A stretch of DNA of 58,074 nucleotides, counting the filler, from Sphacelaria rigidula (taxonomy: Eukaryota), in assembly GCA_964200075.2 (NCBI GenBank). It is 7 parts of 7 records of this genome, joined end to end, with 100 filler letters (N's around TTAATTAATTAA, not from the genome) between each part and the next. Parts side by side here need not be neighbours in the genome. Positions count along the whole stretch, not along the records: positions 24,934 to 33,144 come from CAXNAA020011907.1; positions 33,245 to 41,454 come from CAXNAA020011908.1; 5 more parts are not named here. One strand, 5' to 3'. Made by a program: the position numbers and the translations under genes. The notes below the pieces were generated by a model that was not told the DNA's origin, did not search any database, and worked only from the letters and a program-made list of their open reading frames with translations. Positions 25,026 to 37,678 of the stretch are shown here, piece after piece (the first letter of the stretch is position 1; each line of letters opens with the position of its first letter).

Positions 25026-25811
25026 ATGCTGAAGCGTTTTGAGGTTACAGAATTCTCTGATATTCCCGCATCATCAGTGTCTGCAGATTTGGGACCGGTT
25101 AAGCAAGGTGACAAGGGTTTAGATAGACTATACCGGAGTGCCGTGGGAGGTTTGATGTGGTTAGCTGGGGTAACCAGGCCTGACTTGGCAAACGCGGCAC
25201 GAGACCTGGCCCGACAATCACATGACTCATGTGAAAGACACTGGCGAGGGGTGTTAAAAGTTCTGGCGTACCTCAACACGACCAGGAACTACGGCCTTAC
25301 TTTTAGTTCAGGGGAGAGTAGGCTCACAGTTTATTGTGATGCTGATTACGCGAAGAAAGATACCGACCTACGGTCAGTTTCCGGTGTAGCTGTCATGTAC
25401 GGGGGAATAGCAGTATCAAGTACTAGTCGAACGCAACACCGCGTGACCCTGTCAACCACCGAGGCCGAGTACGTAGTTATGGCGGAAGGGGCGAAGGAAT
25501 GCATGTTTGTCAGGTCGGTACTGTCTTTCCTACGACCGAAGATCGTGTTGGGACGACAAGTAGAATACGATGTTGTTCTCGATGAAGACAATGAGGGGGC
25601 TAAGGCTCTAGCCGACAAACCCCTCAGCTCAGGTCAAAGGAAGCACATCGACGTGAGGTGGCATTTTATTAGGGACTTGGTTAGGACGGGAGCAGTCAGG
25701 ATTGTTCATGTGGATTCGGAGTGGCAACACGCCGATATTCTTACAAAGCCGCTCCCATTCACGCTGTTCAACAGGCACCGTCGCGCCTCGAACACTGGGG
25801 ACATCGAGTAG
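25026..25811 (+). mobile_element. Ty1/copia LTR-retrotransposon pol C-terminus (RT C-terminal part + RNase H)
   Basis: Hallmark motifs YRSAVGGLMWL-TRPDL, YCDADYA, RSVSG, TLSTTEAEY, EDNEGA, KHIDVRWHFIRD and QHADILTKPL. The 5' part is truncated or disrupted at the contig start. Confidence 0.95.
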
Positions 25812-26113
25812 ACACATATTTTGTTTTGTGTGTGTCTTTCGATTTGTCAGCTCTAGATGTTTCAAGTCATGGTTTCCGTAATGCATCTGCGCTTACATTG
25901 GGTGAAGCCGCTCACGCTACTTTGTGGGGCATGGGTTTGTAGGGCGTTTCCCGTTGTTCAGTGCAGGTGCCCTGGCCTGGGCGTCTGCGAGACAGGGCTG
26001 TTTGTTTTGAGCACAAGCGGTGGAGTTTGTGTGATGGGGGGGTTTTGCTCGGAAGGCCGAGTTTCCTCCTTTTTGTTATTTTTTTTGAGCTTTGAGTGCT
26101 GAGGTATCCGATC

Positions 26114-26332
26114 AGGGGGAGTGTTCGAGTGATTCAGATACCCAGTATTGCTGGATCTACGTAGAACCGGGGGTTGGGGTGACGTACGAGTACCGACAGT
26201 CAAGTGTGTGCAAATGTGGTACAGTGCAGTTGAGAGCAGCGGGGCAGTCCGCCTCCCTTGTTCATTCTCAGTTCATCTACCTCCATCACTTCAGCACTCT
26301 CCCAAGTTATAGTAGAACTTGGGTGCTCTTCA
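26114..26332 (+). mobile_element. Copia polypurine tract and probable 3' LTR
   Basis: AGGGGGAG (26114-26121) is directly followed by TGTT (26122), the classic PPT-LTR junction, ~300 bp after the pol stop. The end at CTCTTCA (26332) is tentative. Confidence 0.6.
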
Positions 26333-26579
26333 ATCAAAGATCTGAAACCATTACCCTGTGCCTGAGCCAAGGAATAGCTCGCTTCTTTTTTACATCCTCC
26401 TGTACGAGACACGCACACACGCACTCAGGACACCCTGCTTGCAAGCAGTGCAGACAGTACAGACTGTCTGTACTGTACATGAGTGACCATCTACCGTTTT
26501 ACTAATTTCACGGTCTTTTTTCGACCGAAAACTTGGAAATCCATCTGGACCCAACTGCATCAAGACGAGAAGTTTCTGC

Positions 26580-26885
26580 TCAAATCGATTCCACCGCCCC
26601 GTTGTTTCGATCGAAAAGAAAAGTGCAGACAGGCACTCAGGTCGTGTCTTATCAAATTGTTTCCAACTCGAAAACGTACGGTGAAATCGAATTTGCTCGT
26701 ACCTGATACGTCCACGGCTTTCATGTTCTCAACCATGTGAGAAAATTAGCAGCGTGGACAAATCAGGTACGAGCAAATTTGATTCCATCGGACGTTTTCC
26801 AGTCAAAAACAATTTGATAGGACACGGCCTCAGGCCGTGTCCTACCATTTTTTTTCCGCCTCCAAAACATGCGGTCGAATCGAAC
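26580..26885. mobile_element. Foldback MITE (same family as 15401-15534)
   Basis: Inverted arms, including TCGTGTCTTATCAAATTGTTT / AAACAATTTGATAGGACACG and TTTGCTCGTACCTGAT / ATCAGGTACGAGCAAA. Confidence 0.75.
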
Positions 26886-27053
26886 TGGCCGTTGCGAGAC
26901 CGAATCTGATATGCCCACGGCATTTGTGTTCCTAGATGGCTTCAAGTCAATTTTGTAATTAGTTGTGTGCGACGGGCAGGGTCAAAAACAGAAAAGCTTG
27001 GCTTTTTCGAGCGAAACGAGCGGTGGAATGAACGAAGCGGCACGTAACTCCCA

Positions 27054-28261
27054 TGTTGCAGACAACCGTGCCAGCCACTACCCTGTCACAGAGGTACGCA
27101 AAGCCCAAATGGTCCATTCGAAGCTATTGAATACTTACTCAACCTTGCCGCACGGTAGATCACGAACTGAGCGCAGGGATACAGGGATACACCCACTCCA
27201 GTGATAAGAAACCGACATCACCACTGTTTTGGGATGACGTGTTCCTTTTTGTTCGCGAAAACTTAGACACCTAATTTTGTGGCAGGGTTCACCGACGGAG
27301 TTGCGTATTGTGGTGGGCGATCGAATTGCCAACGCGCTCATGGACATTCGAGGGGGTGCAAAACTGCACATGGTTGAAATCTGCTTTGTATCCTCTTGTA
27401 TGCAAAGTGTCAGAAAGCTGTGCTATCTGTCAAATCTGCTGTATGTCGCGTTGTCCACTTCTCTTCCACATCGCGGCTGCATGGTAAGCGAAACACACGC
27501 ACCATCTACACAACACAGTAGTACAGGCCGCCACTGCTGTACACTCTGGTACTCGATTGATTGACTGTTATATTGGGGAAGAAGTCAACAGACGTTACGA
27601 CGCGGTCCTCTAAGCACGCAGTCCTCTCACCCATTACATAGGTCAGCAGTGGTGAGCAGTAGACCCAGCTTGTCCAGAACTGAACGTGTTTTGTTCCGAA
27701 ATCGTCTGAAAGGCGTCGATTTGAGCTCTGGCAACGCACACTTTGCCTAGGAATACTCTGCACCCCCTTGCCCGAGTGTTCTCGGTATGACTTGATCAGG
27801 GTTAGGGTTAGGGTTAGCGTTAGGGTTGGCGGCATCTCCATAGTGCGTCAACCATTTTTTCCGACCAGTTGGTGAAGAGGCCTCGAAGAAGTACCAGTGT
27901 TGCAAACAATCATGCCAGATACCACCCTTTCACAGAATTACGCAAAATCCAAATGGTTCATTCGCAGCTACGTACCCAACCCTGCGGCATAGATCACGAA
28001 CTCAGCACACGAATATATACTACAGCAGTGATAGAAACCGCCACCACCACAATTTTGGCATGATGTGTTTCTTCTTGTTGGCAAAAACTTGGGCATCTAA
28101 TTTTGTGGCAGGGTTCACCGACGGAGTTGCGTGTCGGGGTGGGCGATCGAACTGCCAACGCGCTAATGGACAACAGTAGAGTCGGTGAAAAACTGGTAGT
28201 TCAAAATCTACTTCGCATCCTCCTGTATCCAGAGAGTCAGAAAGCTGTGCTGTCTGTCAAT
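27054..28261 (+). repeat. Diverged direct duplication (~27054-27433 and ~27898-28261)
   Basis: Shared anchors TGTTGCA.ACAA, CTAATTTTGTGGCAGGGTTCACCGACGGAGTTGCGT and AGTGTCAGAAAGCTGTGCT.TCTGTCAA (one copy AGAGTCAG...). Confidence 0.8.
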
Positions 28262-28757
28262 TGTGTACGATCACGTCACTCAAGATCTGGATTCATATGG
28301 CGGCGAATCACCGAAACTGAATCTACCGTCAACCGTGATAACTAGTGCCCACGACGGATTTTATTCGTGAATTCTCTACTTCAGGTGCCTGACGTGTGCT
28401 TCAATACTCAGAATGCGATGTTGACAGTGGAATTCAGTGCTCATGATATGTGACGCCACACAAGGGAACCTGTAGAAGCCTGGTTCAACTCTTCACAAGA
28501 CAAAAATAGGGCAAGGCGTCGTGAGAGTCAGAGTGAAAGTGCGTGATTCTGGGGGTTCTGGTGATTCGGGGGGTTTCTTCCGTTGATTGGTTGAGATCTG
28601 ACAAGTTGGAATAACAAAATCAACGAAAAGAAAACTCGAAAAACGCCGGAATGCCGCTTACTCTCACGGCGGGTTCCAACTTTTTTCTTGTCTCGTCGAA
28701 CAGGCCCCTTCACAGTCACGCAGACTACACATGAATTATAATTATATATATGCTACA

Positions 28758-28990
28758 GGAGTGCGGGAAGATAAGTGCACTCGGTGTCTCGAGTGTGAGA
28801 GCGACGGGGAATTACTTTCCCATTCTACAACAACTGTTGTATTACCGGAGAGCGGGGGGATATGACACTCGGTGTCCTGTGTGTGGGAGCGGTGAGAGTA
28901 AAAACTCCCGTCCTATCACTCCTGTGTTTCCGGCGTGCGGGGGGATACGTGCACTGGGCGTTTCGTGTGTGAGAGCAACGGGGAATTTTT
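28758..28990 (+). repeat. Short tandem repeat, 3 diverged ~85-95 bp units
   Basis: GGAG(T/A)GCGGG..GATA...CACT(C/G)GG(T/C)GT..(C)G.GTGTG(A/G)GAGC recurs at ~28758, ~28847 and ~28931. Confidence 0.7.
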
Positions 28991-31774
28991 TGTTCATGCT
29001 ACCATTGTTGTCCCCACCCTCAGATGATAGAAGAAGTCAATGGGGATGCGACAGAGTTCGACCTTGTTGACGGGAGAAGTCACACAAACAGTGTCGAGGG
29101 CTCCGACACCGTGTCGTCAGCACTGTTCGCATTACTTGCCATCTTCCGATGCTGTTTATTTCGGCTTTTGTACAATCAGTCAGTCATCCCCTGCCGTCAC
29201 TGGCGATCACTGCGAACGTCGCGAACCGTCATTTATCGAACGCATGGCCTGCTGCAAACACTTCAGGGCTAGACGAAAACATTCCTGTGTTTTCTCATGC
29301 AGCGCGACGGAGATGAGTTCCTCTGGTCAGGCGTTAAAGCGCTGCCCCATCATCAGGCTGGGAGACATGAGGGGGGCTACAACAACTCTGCCGCTGTAAC
29401 TTTTGTGTCTTTTGTGTCGACAGTACGGTGAGATAGTGCATGCGTCCCATGAGACCAGCGGATTCTTCACGAACTTCCCTCCATCGCAGCAACACCACTT
29501 GCTTCGTGGTTGGCCGGGAAATATTACAGAGCAGTCGTGCTCGTCAACCCTCGTAGATATTCCTATTCGCTGCTTAGATATGAATTCGTGAGTGGGCGCA
29601 AGGTCCGTTCACGCGGGCAACAACGTTGCCAGGATCGCTTCATGTTTCCTGGCAGTGCACGTATTTCACCTGGACAGGAGACCTTGCATGGTTCATGAGA
29701 GAAATATGATGTAGCATCACATACATGTTTGATAAAGAAAACCATGTAGGAAACGAATACGGCCATGTACTCGTAGTTGTAATAATATTTTGTGGTGGAA
29801 CCGTCTGTAGAGCACACACCGAACGGGGGAGCACACGAAACTGCCACGAAGCATGTTCACGTTGGCCGGCCACCTTCTTCGTTCTCTGTGGTATTTCGTC
29901 AAGGGTCAGGTATCTCACGGTTTGCTCGTCCGTTCAAGGTGCGCCGCAGTGGTCTGCTGCCTGCACAGCGTAGGGCAGTTCCAGGACAAGGTCATTCACT
30001 ATTCAAGAGAAGAAACCGTAATGCTCCACAAATCACCTTAACACGCGCTCATGTTCCCCACCTTTGGCCATACCATACCATCAGCAAGCCACCGAGGGCA
30101 TGTGGGTGGATTCGTGGCCCGCTACAGGTGTGCCTGCTCTAGATGTCACAGACGACAAAGATTGATCCTCCTTGACGCCATACCGGCGTCCGCAATCCAG
30201 CTTCGCTTTCTCTCATGAATTTGTCAGCCGACCAACACCATCTGATCTTCACCCCACAAGGTAAACCCGTGTGCATACGCGGCTCACACTCATACTTCAA
30301 CGCCGTACAAAAAGCACGCACCAGCCGCGAACAATGAGCACTGTAACGCGTTGGAGGACCGCGTGCTTAGAGGACCGCGTCGCATTATAGTATGAATGAG
30401 CATCCCAGGATTGACGTTTTTCTAAATCAATCGAGCTGGTCCCTGCAGGCAACACACCCCTGGTCCCAGCACTAACCTCAATAACACCGACACTGAGGAC
30501 AGGGGTGCCTAAACTCCGATGCGGTCCCCTAAGCATGCACTCCTCCCATGCAATATAGGCACCATCATACTCACACGCACCTGACCAGGTCAACCAGCCC
30601 GATCCAACTTTGCTTCGCCTGGCTGCTGCTTTTTTGCTCCGGACGACGCTTCCTTGTGAGCGGGTGATCGTGCTGCTTGGACTCAAGACGTGGTAGGAAT
30701 CGTTGGCAGCGAACGTAGGAGTGGGGTGCGAGTGGGGCTATTATTTCCCCGCTGTCGCACTTCCCGTCACTGTTTTCATCGCCAAAAGAACGTGCTCGTG
30801 GGCGGGTTGAATAGCCTTTGATGTCAATTTTTTCCCTAGTCACAGAGATGGTGGACATACTCATATGATACTTAGCACGACAAAAATACTATGGTACAAC
30901 AAGCCCAGCACAAGTCACGTACATCTCCTGTGGACGCATGTGTTGTCACGCAATGGGATGGATGCGTGTCAGCTTGTCAGGAGGTACAGAATGAGCTAAA
31001 TATGAAACTCGTCTGTGAAGGGGTCGCTATTTTAATGCGTGAGAGTACCGCGTGCTTAGAGGGCCGCATCAGAATTTGAACATCCCTATGGTTGGTAAGG
31101 GTTAGGGTTATTAGGAGTAGTGTTGGGGTTACGGTCAGGGGGGTGGTCCCTGCAGGGACTGACCCGGTTGGTTTTGAAAAACGTCGATCCTGAGATGTTT
31201 TGGACTACGACGCGGTCCCCTAAGCACGCGGTCCTCCCACGCATTACACCATACCCATAGGGGTGTTCGTTCGTACTCTGATGCAGTCCCCTTAGGTACA
31301 CGGTCCTCCCACGCATTATACCAACATCATTCTTCATCGGTGATTTCTTCGCACTTTTTTTTCAAAGATCCAAATCCAAATATCCAGGCGCACAGTGCTT
31401 GTCATCGGATTACATGGCACACCTGTAAGCACTCCGCACATGTAACAAAGCTGTATGCGTGCTATGATGTTCACACGCACTTGACTAGGTCAATCGGCCG
31501 AATCTGACTTTGACCGGCCGTGCTGCTGATTTTTTTTTTCCGAACGACGGTTCCTTGTTAGCGGGTGATAGCGCTACTTGAACTCAAGGCGTGGTAGAAA
31601 TCGTTAGCAGCTGACGTAGTAGTGGGGTGCGAGCGGGGCTATTATTTCCCCGCTGTCGCAAATCCCGTCACTGTTTTCATCGCCTAAAGAACGTGCTCGT
31701 GGGCGGGTTGAATAAGGTTCCACTTCGATATCAAATTTTCACTGGGCACGGAGGTGGCAGACATGCTCATATGA

Positions 31775-32070
31775 GGACCAACGCCCGGATGGGTAGGGTG
31801 ACTCGTGTACAGAGTCGAGTTAGGGGACATTGTAGGAGGTTTGGTCGTGAGGAACATTTTTGTTTTTATTTTCCTAAGTCCGACACTACCTGGGTGGGGG
31901 GGCACTCTCACCTTGGTGCCCATCCATACATTCGCCGGACATGCCTACCCTCGGGTGGGCATGTCTGACGGGTGGAGCGACTCGAAGCGCTGCACGAAAC
32001 TAGAAATAGCGAAGTGAATTGTTTAAGGGTCCTTCCTGTCCTCTGGGGATAAAAAATTAGAAAAGAAAAA
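31775..32070 (+). mobile_element. Non-LTR retroposon insertion (SINE-like or 5'-truncated element) with A-rich tail and ~15-bp TSD
   Basis: Flanked by GACATGCTCATATGA (31760-31774) and GACATCCTCATATGA (32072-32086). It ends in AAAAAATTAGAAAAGAAAAA. The paralogous copy has a single GACATACTCATATGA at 30853-30867 (empty site). Confidence 0.8.
31939..32016 (+). ncRNA. Degenerate hammerhead-ribozyme-like motif
   Basis: CTGACGG (31965-31971; consensus CUGANGA), stem II GTGGAGCG/CGCTGCAC (7/8 pairs), GAAA (31996-31999), stem III CTA-GAAA-TAG. The cleavage triplet and stem I are degenerate. Confidence 0.45.
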
Positions 32071-33144
32071 AGACATCCTCATATGATACTTGATACGACA
32101 AAAATACTATGGTACAACAAGTTCGGCACAAGTCACGTACATCTCCTGTGGACGTGTGTGTTGTCACGCAATGGGATGGATGCGTGTCAGCTTGTCAGAG
32201 GTTAGAGGACTGCATCAGAATTTGAACATCCGTATGGTTGGTTAGGCTTAGGGTTAGGATTAGGGGGCGCGGTCCCTGCAGAAAAGACCTGAGCGATCTT
32301 TAAAAACGTCGATCCTGGGGCGTTCACCTATTATTGGAACGCGAGGAGGGCGGGTCATTCATACTTCCTTCAAGTGAAATTGATGGCGGATAGCCTTGTC
32401 TCGTCGTCTAGGGGTTGACCCTTAGATCGCGAGATTAGTCTTTCTGGACCATGCATACTTTTTTTCACTTGAAATTGATGCCGATTCAACAAAAGACTAC
32501 CCTCGCGGTCTTAGGGCTGAATTCCGATGCGGCCAGAAAGCACACGGTCCTCCCACCCATTGCATTACAACAGTATCGGATCAATTCATTTGTCCGAGAA
32601 GAAATCCTGCTGACTGGAAGGCATCTTGAAAGCGCTGAAAGCAGCGCGGGCGAGCGGAGACAGAGAGCTGGCGAGCACAAGCCATGCCTGTTCTCACGCA
32701 TGATCGAAACGTATTGACTTGTCGGTCACATCAGAACATAGACGACGGTACAAATCGAATCATTATGTAACAACTGTTGTAGCCGGGCTCGGTATTTTCT
32801 ATGAGAGAAAACGAGGCGCCGCACAGCAGACGTCGATTTTGACAAAAACACTACGTTCTGGACTAGCTGGGTCCACTGCTCACCTCCCCCACACACACCG
32901 CTAGCCAACGTCCTGCCGACAAGAACCCCACTGACGTGTACCGCACAAGGAAAAAAATACACGCATCCCACACTGTACCCCGCTGGAACACCGGCGATAA
33001 CGTGTGCCGGCACTCGAAGGGGTACCATGGTTCTGTCGACCCACGGCCTGCTCCGGTCTCGCTACGCGTATAGCGTGGGACCGCGCCTGCGACTAAAAAT
33101 CGGATGAATTCCCTCACGATCGCGTGCTCACGATCCCCTCCGTG

Positions 33145-33244
33145 NNNNNNNNNNNNNNNNNNNNNNNNNNNNNNNNNNNNNNNNNNNNTTAATTAATTAA
33201 NNNNNNNNNNNNNNNNNNNNNNNNNNNNNNNNNNNNNNNNNNNN
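33145..33244. other. Artificial contig linker
   Basis: N44-TTAATTAATTAA-N44. Confidence 0.99.
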
Positions 33245-34829
33245 GGATGCGAGGTCAATGGTTCTATGACTATGGCAAGCATGATCATGAGTACACCCCC
33301 CCCTCCACCCTCCCAGTAACCCCCTTCCTTTTCAATCCTTCGACGTCAGCCTCGATTTCAACTTGTTCCGAACCCCCGACTTCTGTGCGCGAAGTTCTGC
33401 GAGGGGGTAAAACGTCTGTGTTTTTGACGCGCAACGCATCGACTGTACAAAAACAAACAGACAGAGGGTTTTCACGGCATCGTGACCAATCTTTAGACGT
33501 GCACAACAACATATGATCCCTTCCTCCGTCATCTCCCGAAATTCCCAAGATGGTTACAGAACAAAATCCTACGTTTTTCGGATACTCGCAGCGAGGTGTT
33601 CATGTCCCGTTCGAAAATGGAACCGATCGGATTATCCACACTGGTCCCATTCTAATCTCTACTTGGAATTGAAGGGGGGTAGTTTAACTTTTTCCAACAT
33701 GCCCTCGTAGGCCGCCAGCTTCTTTGCCTGAGAAAACATGTATACCTTCTACACAACACACAAGAGCCGCGTGTGCCAGAGGAAAAAAAATGGAAAAAAC
33801 GCTGTAGGGCCTCACCTCATGTGGGGTGCGTAAGCTACTATTATTAGGTGGAACAAGTATTCTTCTCGTGGGTGCCTCGCTTTTGTAATCACAAGCTTCA
33901 GTAACACGGGCAGTACAAACAATATCTCGGGGGAAAAAAAAAAGGTCACCCGGGATGAATTTGTACGTGAATGTACGAGACTGGGCACTACTACTCGTGT
34001 CATGCTCATATTTTCAGCCAGAGCCAAACTGTTGTCCACGCTTTAGTGGGAGAAAACATCAGCGCAAATTGACGCAATAGCTATGCAGATCATTCTCAAC
34101 TAAAAAGAAAGCGTACCACAGTGAGTGACAAACGCCTGGCTCGTGCAGTAAATGAACTTTAGAGTATTACCATCTAATCGGCCGCGTATTTACGCCTTAC
34201 GTGTGACCCACACCTCGCTCACCTTGGGGCTAGCGTTTATGACGTTGCCCTCCCTGGCGATGGCCGCTCCCTCGGTCAGAACGGGAAGCGGTGCTTTTCT
34301 TCGCGGTAACGCGATCTACCATAGCATACAATATCGAACGATGTCGACCGGACGGCGAACGGGAGCAAAATCGGCACACCAGCGAAAATTCGGAACACGG
34401 GAAATACAAGCACCATGTTTTACGCGCTCGCTATGGACTATTTCATGGGGGGCGGGGCTGGTGGGCTTCGTGTCGACCGGACCGGGCCGGACCGGGTCGA
34501 ATCGTAGAGCGAGCACGGGCCTGGAGGACAGATCGGATCACATCAAATCAAACCAAACCGACGAAAACAGGCCATCAAGAACCGGCACCTGATCAATCTC
34601 CCTCGCCTATTTCCAAGAGGCCGGCAACGATAAAGCGTGAAATTGCTCTCCAATTATATGAGACCCCACAGGCGAGAACATATACTGTACAGCTCTTGGG
34701 CTTCGAGCAGATTCCTTGCTGAATGCACGCATGTACTACAGAAATGAACGCGAGCAGCAGTAGCTGCACTCCAGAAACGGGGGAAAGCGGAACAAATAAC
34801 ATGTCATTTTTCGTTGTCTCATATCTTAC

Positions 34830-34893
34830 CTCGTCCGCCCCGATCTCATGGAGCAAGTCGTCGAGCCAGCCGTGAACATCTCCCGCCGTCGGT
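34830..34893 (-). CDS. Protein kinase exon 6 of 6 visible (end of subdomain XI)
   Basis: CAG acceptor, phase 2, completes R of D-R-P-T-A-G-D-V-H-G-W-L-D-D-L-L; GAG|GTAAGA donor. The gene continues but the next exon was not placed. Confidence 0.8.
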
Positions 34894-35483
34894 CTGTTGG
34901 TTCGCAAAGAAAACACATCACGCACGCGTGTGGATAGATTTGGAGCTGTCAACTTCACTCATGACTGTACTGTGCCCCAATCTGAATGCGCCACATAATT
35001 CCAAAAAAACGCGGGTCACCCACCCAGCCTCTCGGGCGTGTCTAACGGTACAGTACACACAACTTGAACCATCATTACCCTACATATCAATATTAGAAGT
35101 GTCAAACGCATCATTACCTCCACCTCCTGTAGATGAGATATGTCTGTTTTTGTTTTATTTTCTTGTGAAGAAGCATGTCACTTCCGCCATTGAGAACGCG
35201 ACAACATGAGAACCAAGAATACTATTATATATTATTACACCAGAGTCGACGCGAAGCAGGAGTCGGGCGAACCAATAATCCGCTTTACCAAAAACGAATA
35301 GAGATGGAGAAATAGAGAAATAGAGAGAGAGAGATAAACGGATAGAAAAAAGAGATTGGTTCATCCCTGGAGACTGCCGACTCTTCCCGAGCAAGGGGAG
35401 GGGTTCAAAGTGTGCCAATATTCATGTATATTACTGTGTTCATGTTGCAAGCGCTACTGCTGCATCGCTCAACGTGCGGTCAC

Positions 35484-35593
35484 CTATCCGCAGGCTCGGC
35501 ATCCAGGCACTGCGATAGTAGCAAAGAGAACGACTGCGGGCATCCCTCGAGCAGCTCCGCCTGGATCTCTTCCTCGCTCACGACAAAGAACAA
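35484..35593 (-). CDS. Protein kinase exon 5 (subdomain X-XI)
   Basis: LFFVVSEEEIQAELLEGCPQSFSLLLSQCLDAEPAD(R). CAG acceptor, AG|GTGACC donor. Confidence 0.85.
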
Positions 35594-36448
35594 CTGCGCA
35601 GCAGAAACAGGACATGAACTGATGAGACACACAAACCTTTCCACGATTCTACGGCACATACATGCATGCACATGGGCACAAGGTATACTTGAAAATAAAG
35701 TTTATATCCGTACACACACACCCTGGACACACAAGTGTATACAAAATCGGTGGGGTAACAACAAAACAGCACCAATGATGAAAAAAAAAAACAGCACAGA
35801 GCCCCACAACACGGGCCACGGGAACCAGAACAAGGCAATTACAACGAATTTGAAACGATTTGAGAGGACTGGCCCGAGCATTAATCTCCGGTGAAGGACA
35901 CGTGATGCAATGACACGCCCTACAGAAAGATGCCCGGCTTCAAAACGAACGCATATACTGTAGCCGTACCCCCACCCGAAGGTGGTTCTTTCTTGAGGCG
36001 GTCCTCTTTCTAGGCTAGGTCGCTCTCGACGGCTGTAAAACCTGACCCGCACCATTACTCCTCCGGTAGGAAGTAAAGCCCAATCCGACTTATCCGAGGC
36101 TGAGTCCTACTAGAAGCTTGTCAGTTTTTGTGTCCAGTACAAGTCCCCCCAACGTACTCACCAACCGCGAAGAGTGCAAGAAAATAGTCCGGAAGTTCAT
36201 CACAGCAGAAAGTACTTCGCACCACCTCTACACCGCCACATTTACAACATCACACAAAACACGCACACGAGATTGTACCGCAAAAGTGACACGCGTTGCC
36301 TCTTCCGACAGCGAAATAAATGAGTGCCGGTTCAAGCTGGCCGCCGTAAACCCGTTTCCACGTTCCCGGTTCCCCCCCGTGCCGCATCCTATTCCAGTAA
36401 CACATCACATTTTAGGCACGGCTTAACTGCGGTGCAGTCAGTCAGTAC

Positions 36449-36604
36449 CTGAGGCGGGCGCTCCGGAAAGGTGGGACTGGGCTCCTTGCCCGTGAGCATC
36501 TCAACGAAGATCATACCGAGGCTGAAAATATCACTCGGCAGGCCGTAATCCTCGGACAGCAGCACTTCTGGAGACATGAACTCCGCTGTTCCCGCGCAAA
36601 AGTC
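36449..36604 (-). CDS. Protein kinase exon 4 (subdomains VIII-IX)
   Basis: DFCAGTAEFMSPEVLLSEDYGLPSDIFSLGMIFVEMLTGKEP. 156 nt, phase 0 at both ends. Confidence 0.92.
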
Positions 36605-36758
36605 CTGGAATGATGGATGAAAGGAGCGTGACGAGCACTGGGGTCAGGTGGGGAAGGGATGGCACCGGGGTAGTAGGCTGAAAAAAACTAAGAGCTCGCC
36701 CGTGCCGTGGGGCGTTTCTCTTATTTTCTACTACAACTTATGACGGAATAATTGGCAC

Positions 36759-36801
<43 letters not shown>

Positions 36802-36908
36802 AGGAGTTTGAGCAAAACAACCCTGTTGATTTTTTTCTTGCCTTTTCCGTACTGCTTTGAACCTCAATCCTTCTCGCTCCTCGTGGTGTCGAGACTACTC
36901 CATCAGCC

Positions 36909-36946
<38 letters not shown>

Positions 36947-37678
36947 GCTTACAGCTTCGTACATCAGCCTGTCCTTCCCATGAAATCGGCCTGATCTCTC
37001 CAGTGTCTGAGGGTTGAGTCAGCATTCCCGCACCCCGTGTCGACTCTCGTCAAATTTGTCTTCGCTACAGCGACAGCTACAGCACTCGTGTCCTCTCCTT
37101 TCCAACGACGGAGTATAGGCTTTGCTTATAGACCGTATCAGTACAGTTCTCATACCTGGTTACTGGGGGCCACTTTTCGTTCAGAATTTCGGGGCGCGAT
37201 GGCTTCCGGACCCTGGCAAAGCGTGCTTCGAACCTTGGTCCCCAAATCTTTCCCAAAACCGTCACATTTGTTGTCAAGGCAACCTTTTTTTCCCAGCTCA
37301 AGTAATAAAGAGATAGCAGCGACTCTGCTTCTCTCATCCCTCGTTAATAATGGGCTGACTACTCAGGTATCATTTTTGTTCATGCTTGATTCAGGTATAC
37401 TAACTAGAAACTGCGCCAAGGTTTCTTTTGTCGACGTCTTGAAAAGATCGAGTAATGAGTTGAAATGAAACCATGAACAAATGATGGGTCATTCCAACCT
37501 CTTGAAAAACTTGATGTAACGCCATGCATTTTTTGAATCTATTTATGTATTCATGACTGTTATGATGAACGTAAAAAACGTGTTTTTGGAAACAAGAAAA
37601 GACGGCGTCTGTGCGCAGGCAGGCCTTCATCGGATATACGATTCGACGGTACTCCAGTACAAGTTTCAGCGCACGAAC

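Larger units (their letters stand above)
30570..32250 (+). repeat. Direct segmental duplication (~30570-31100 vs ~31471-32250); the second copy carries an insertion
   Basis: Long near-identical anchors, e.g. GGGGCTATTATTTCCCCGCTGTCGCA and CACAAGTCACGTACATCTCCTGTGGACG...CAGCTTGTCAG. Confidence 0.85.
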
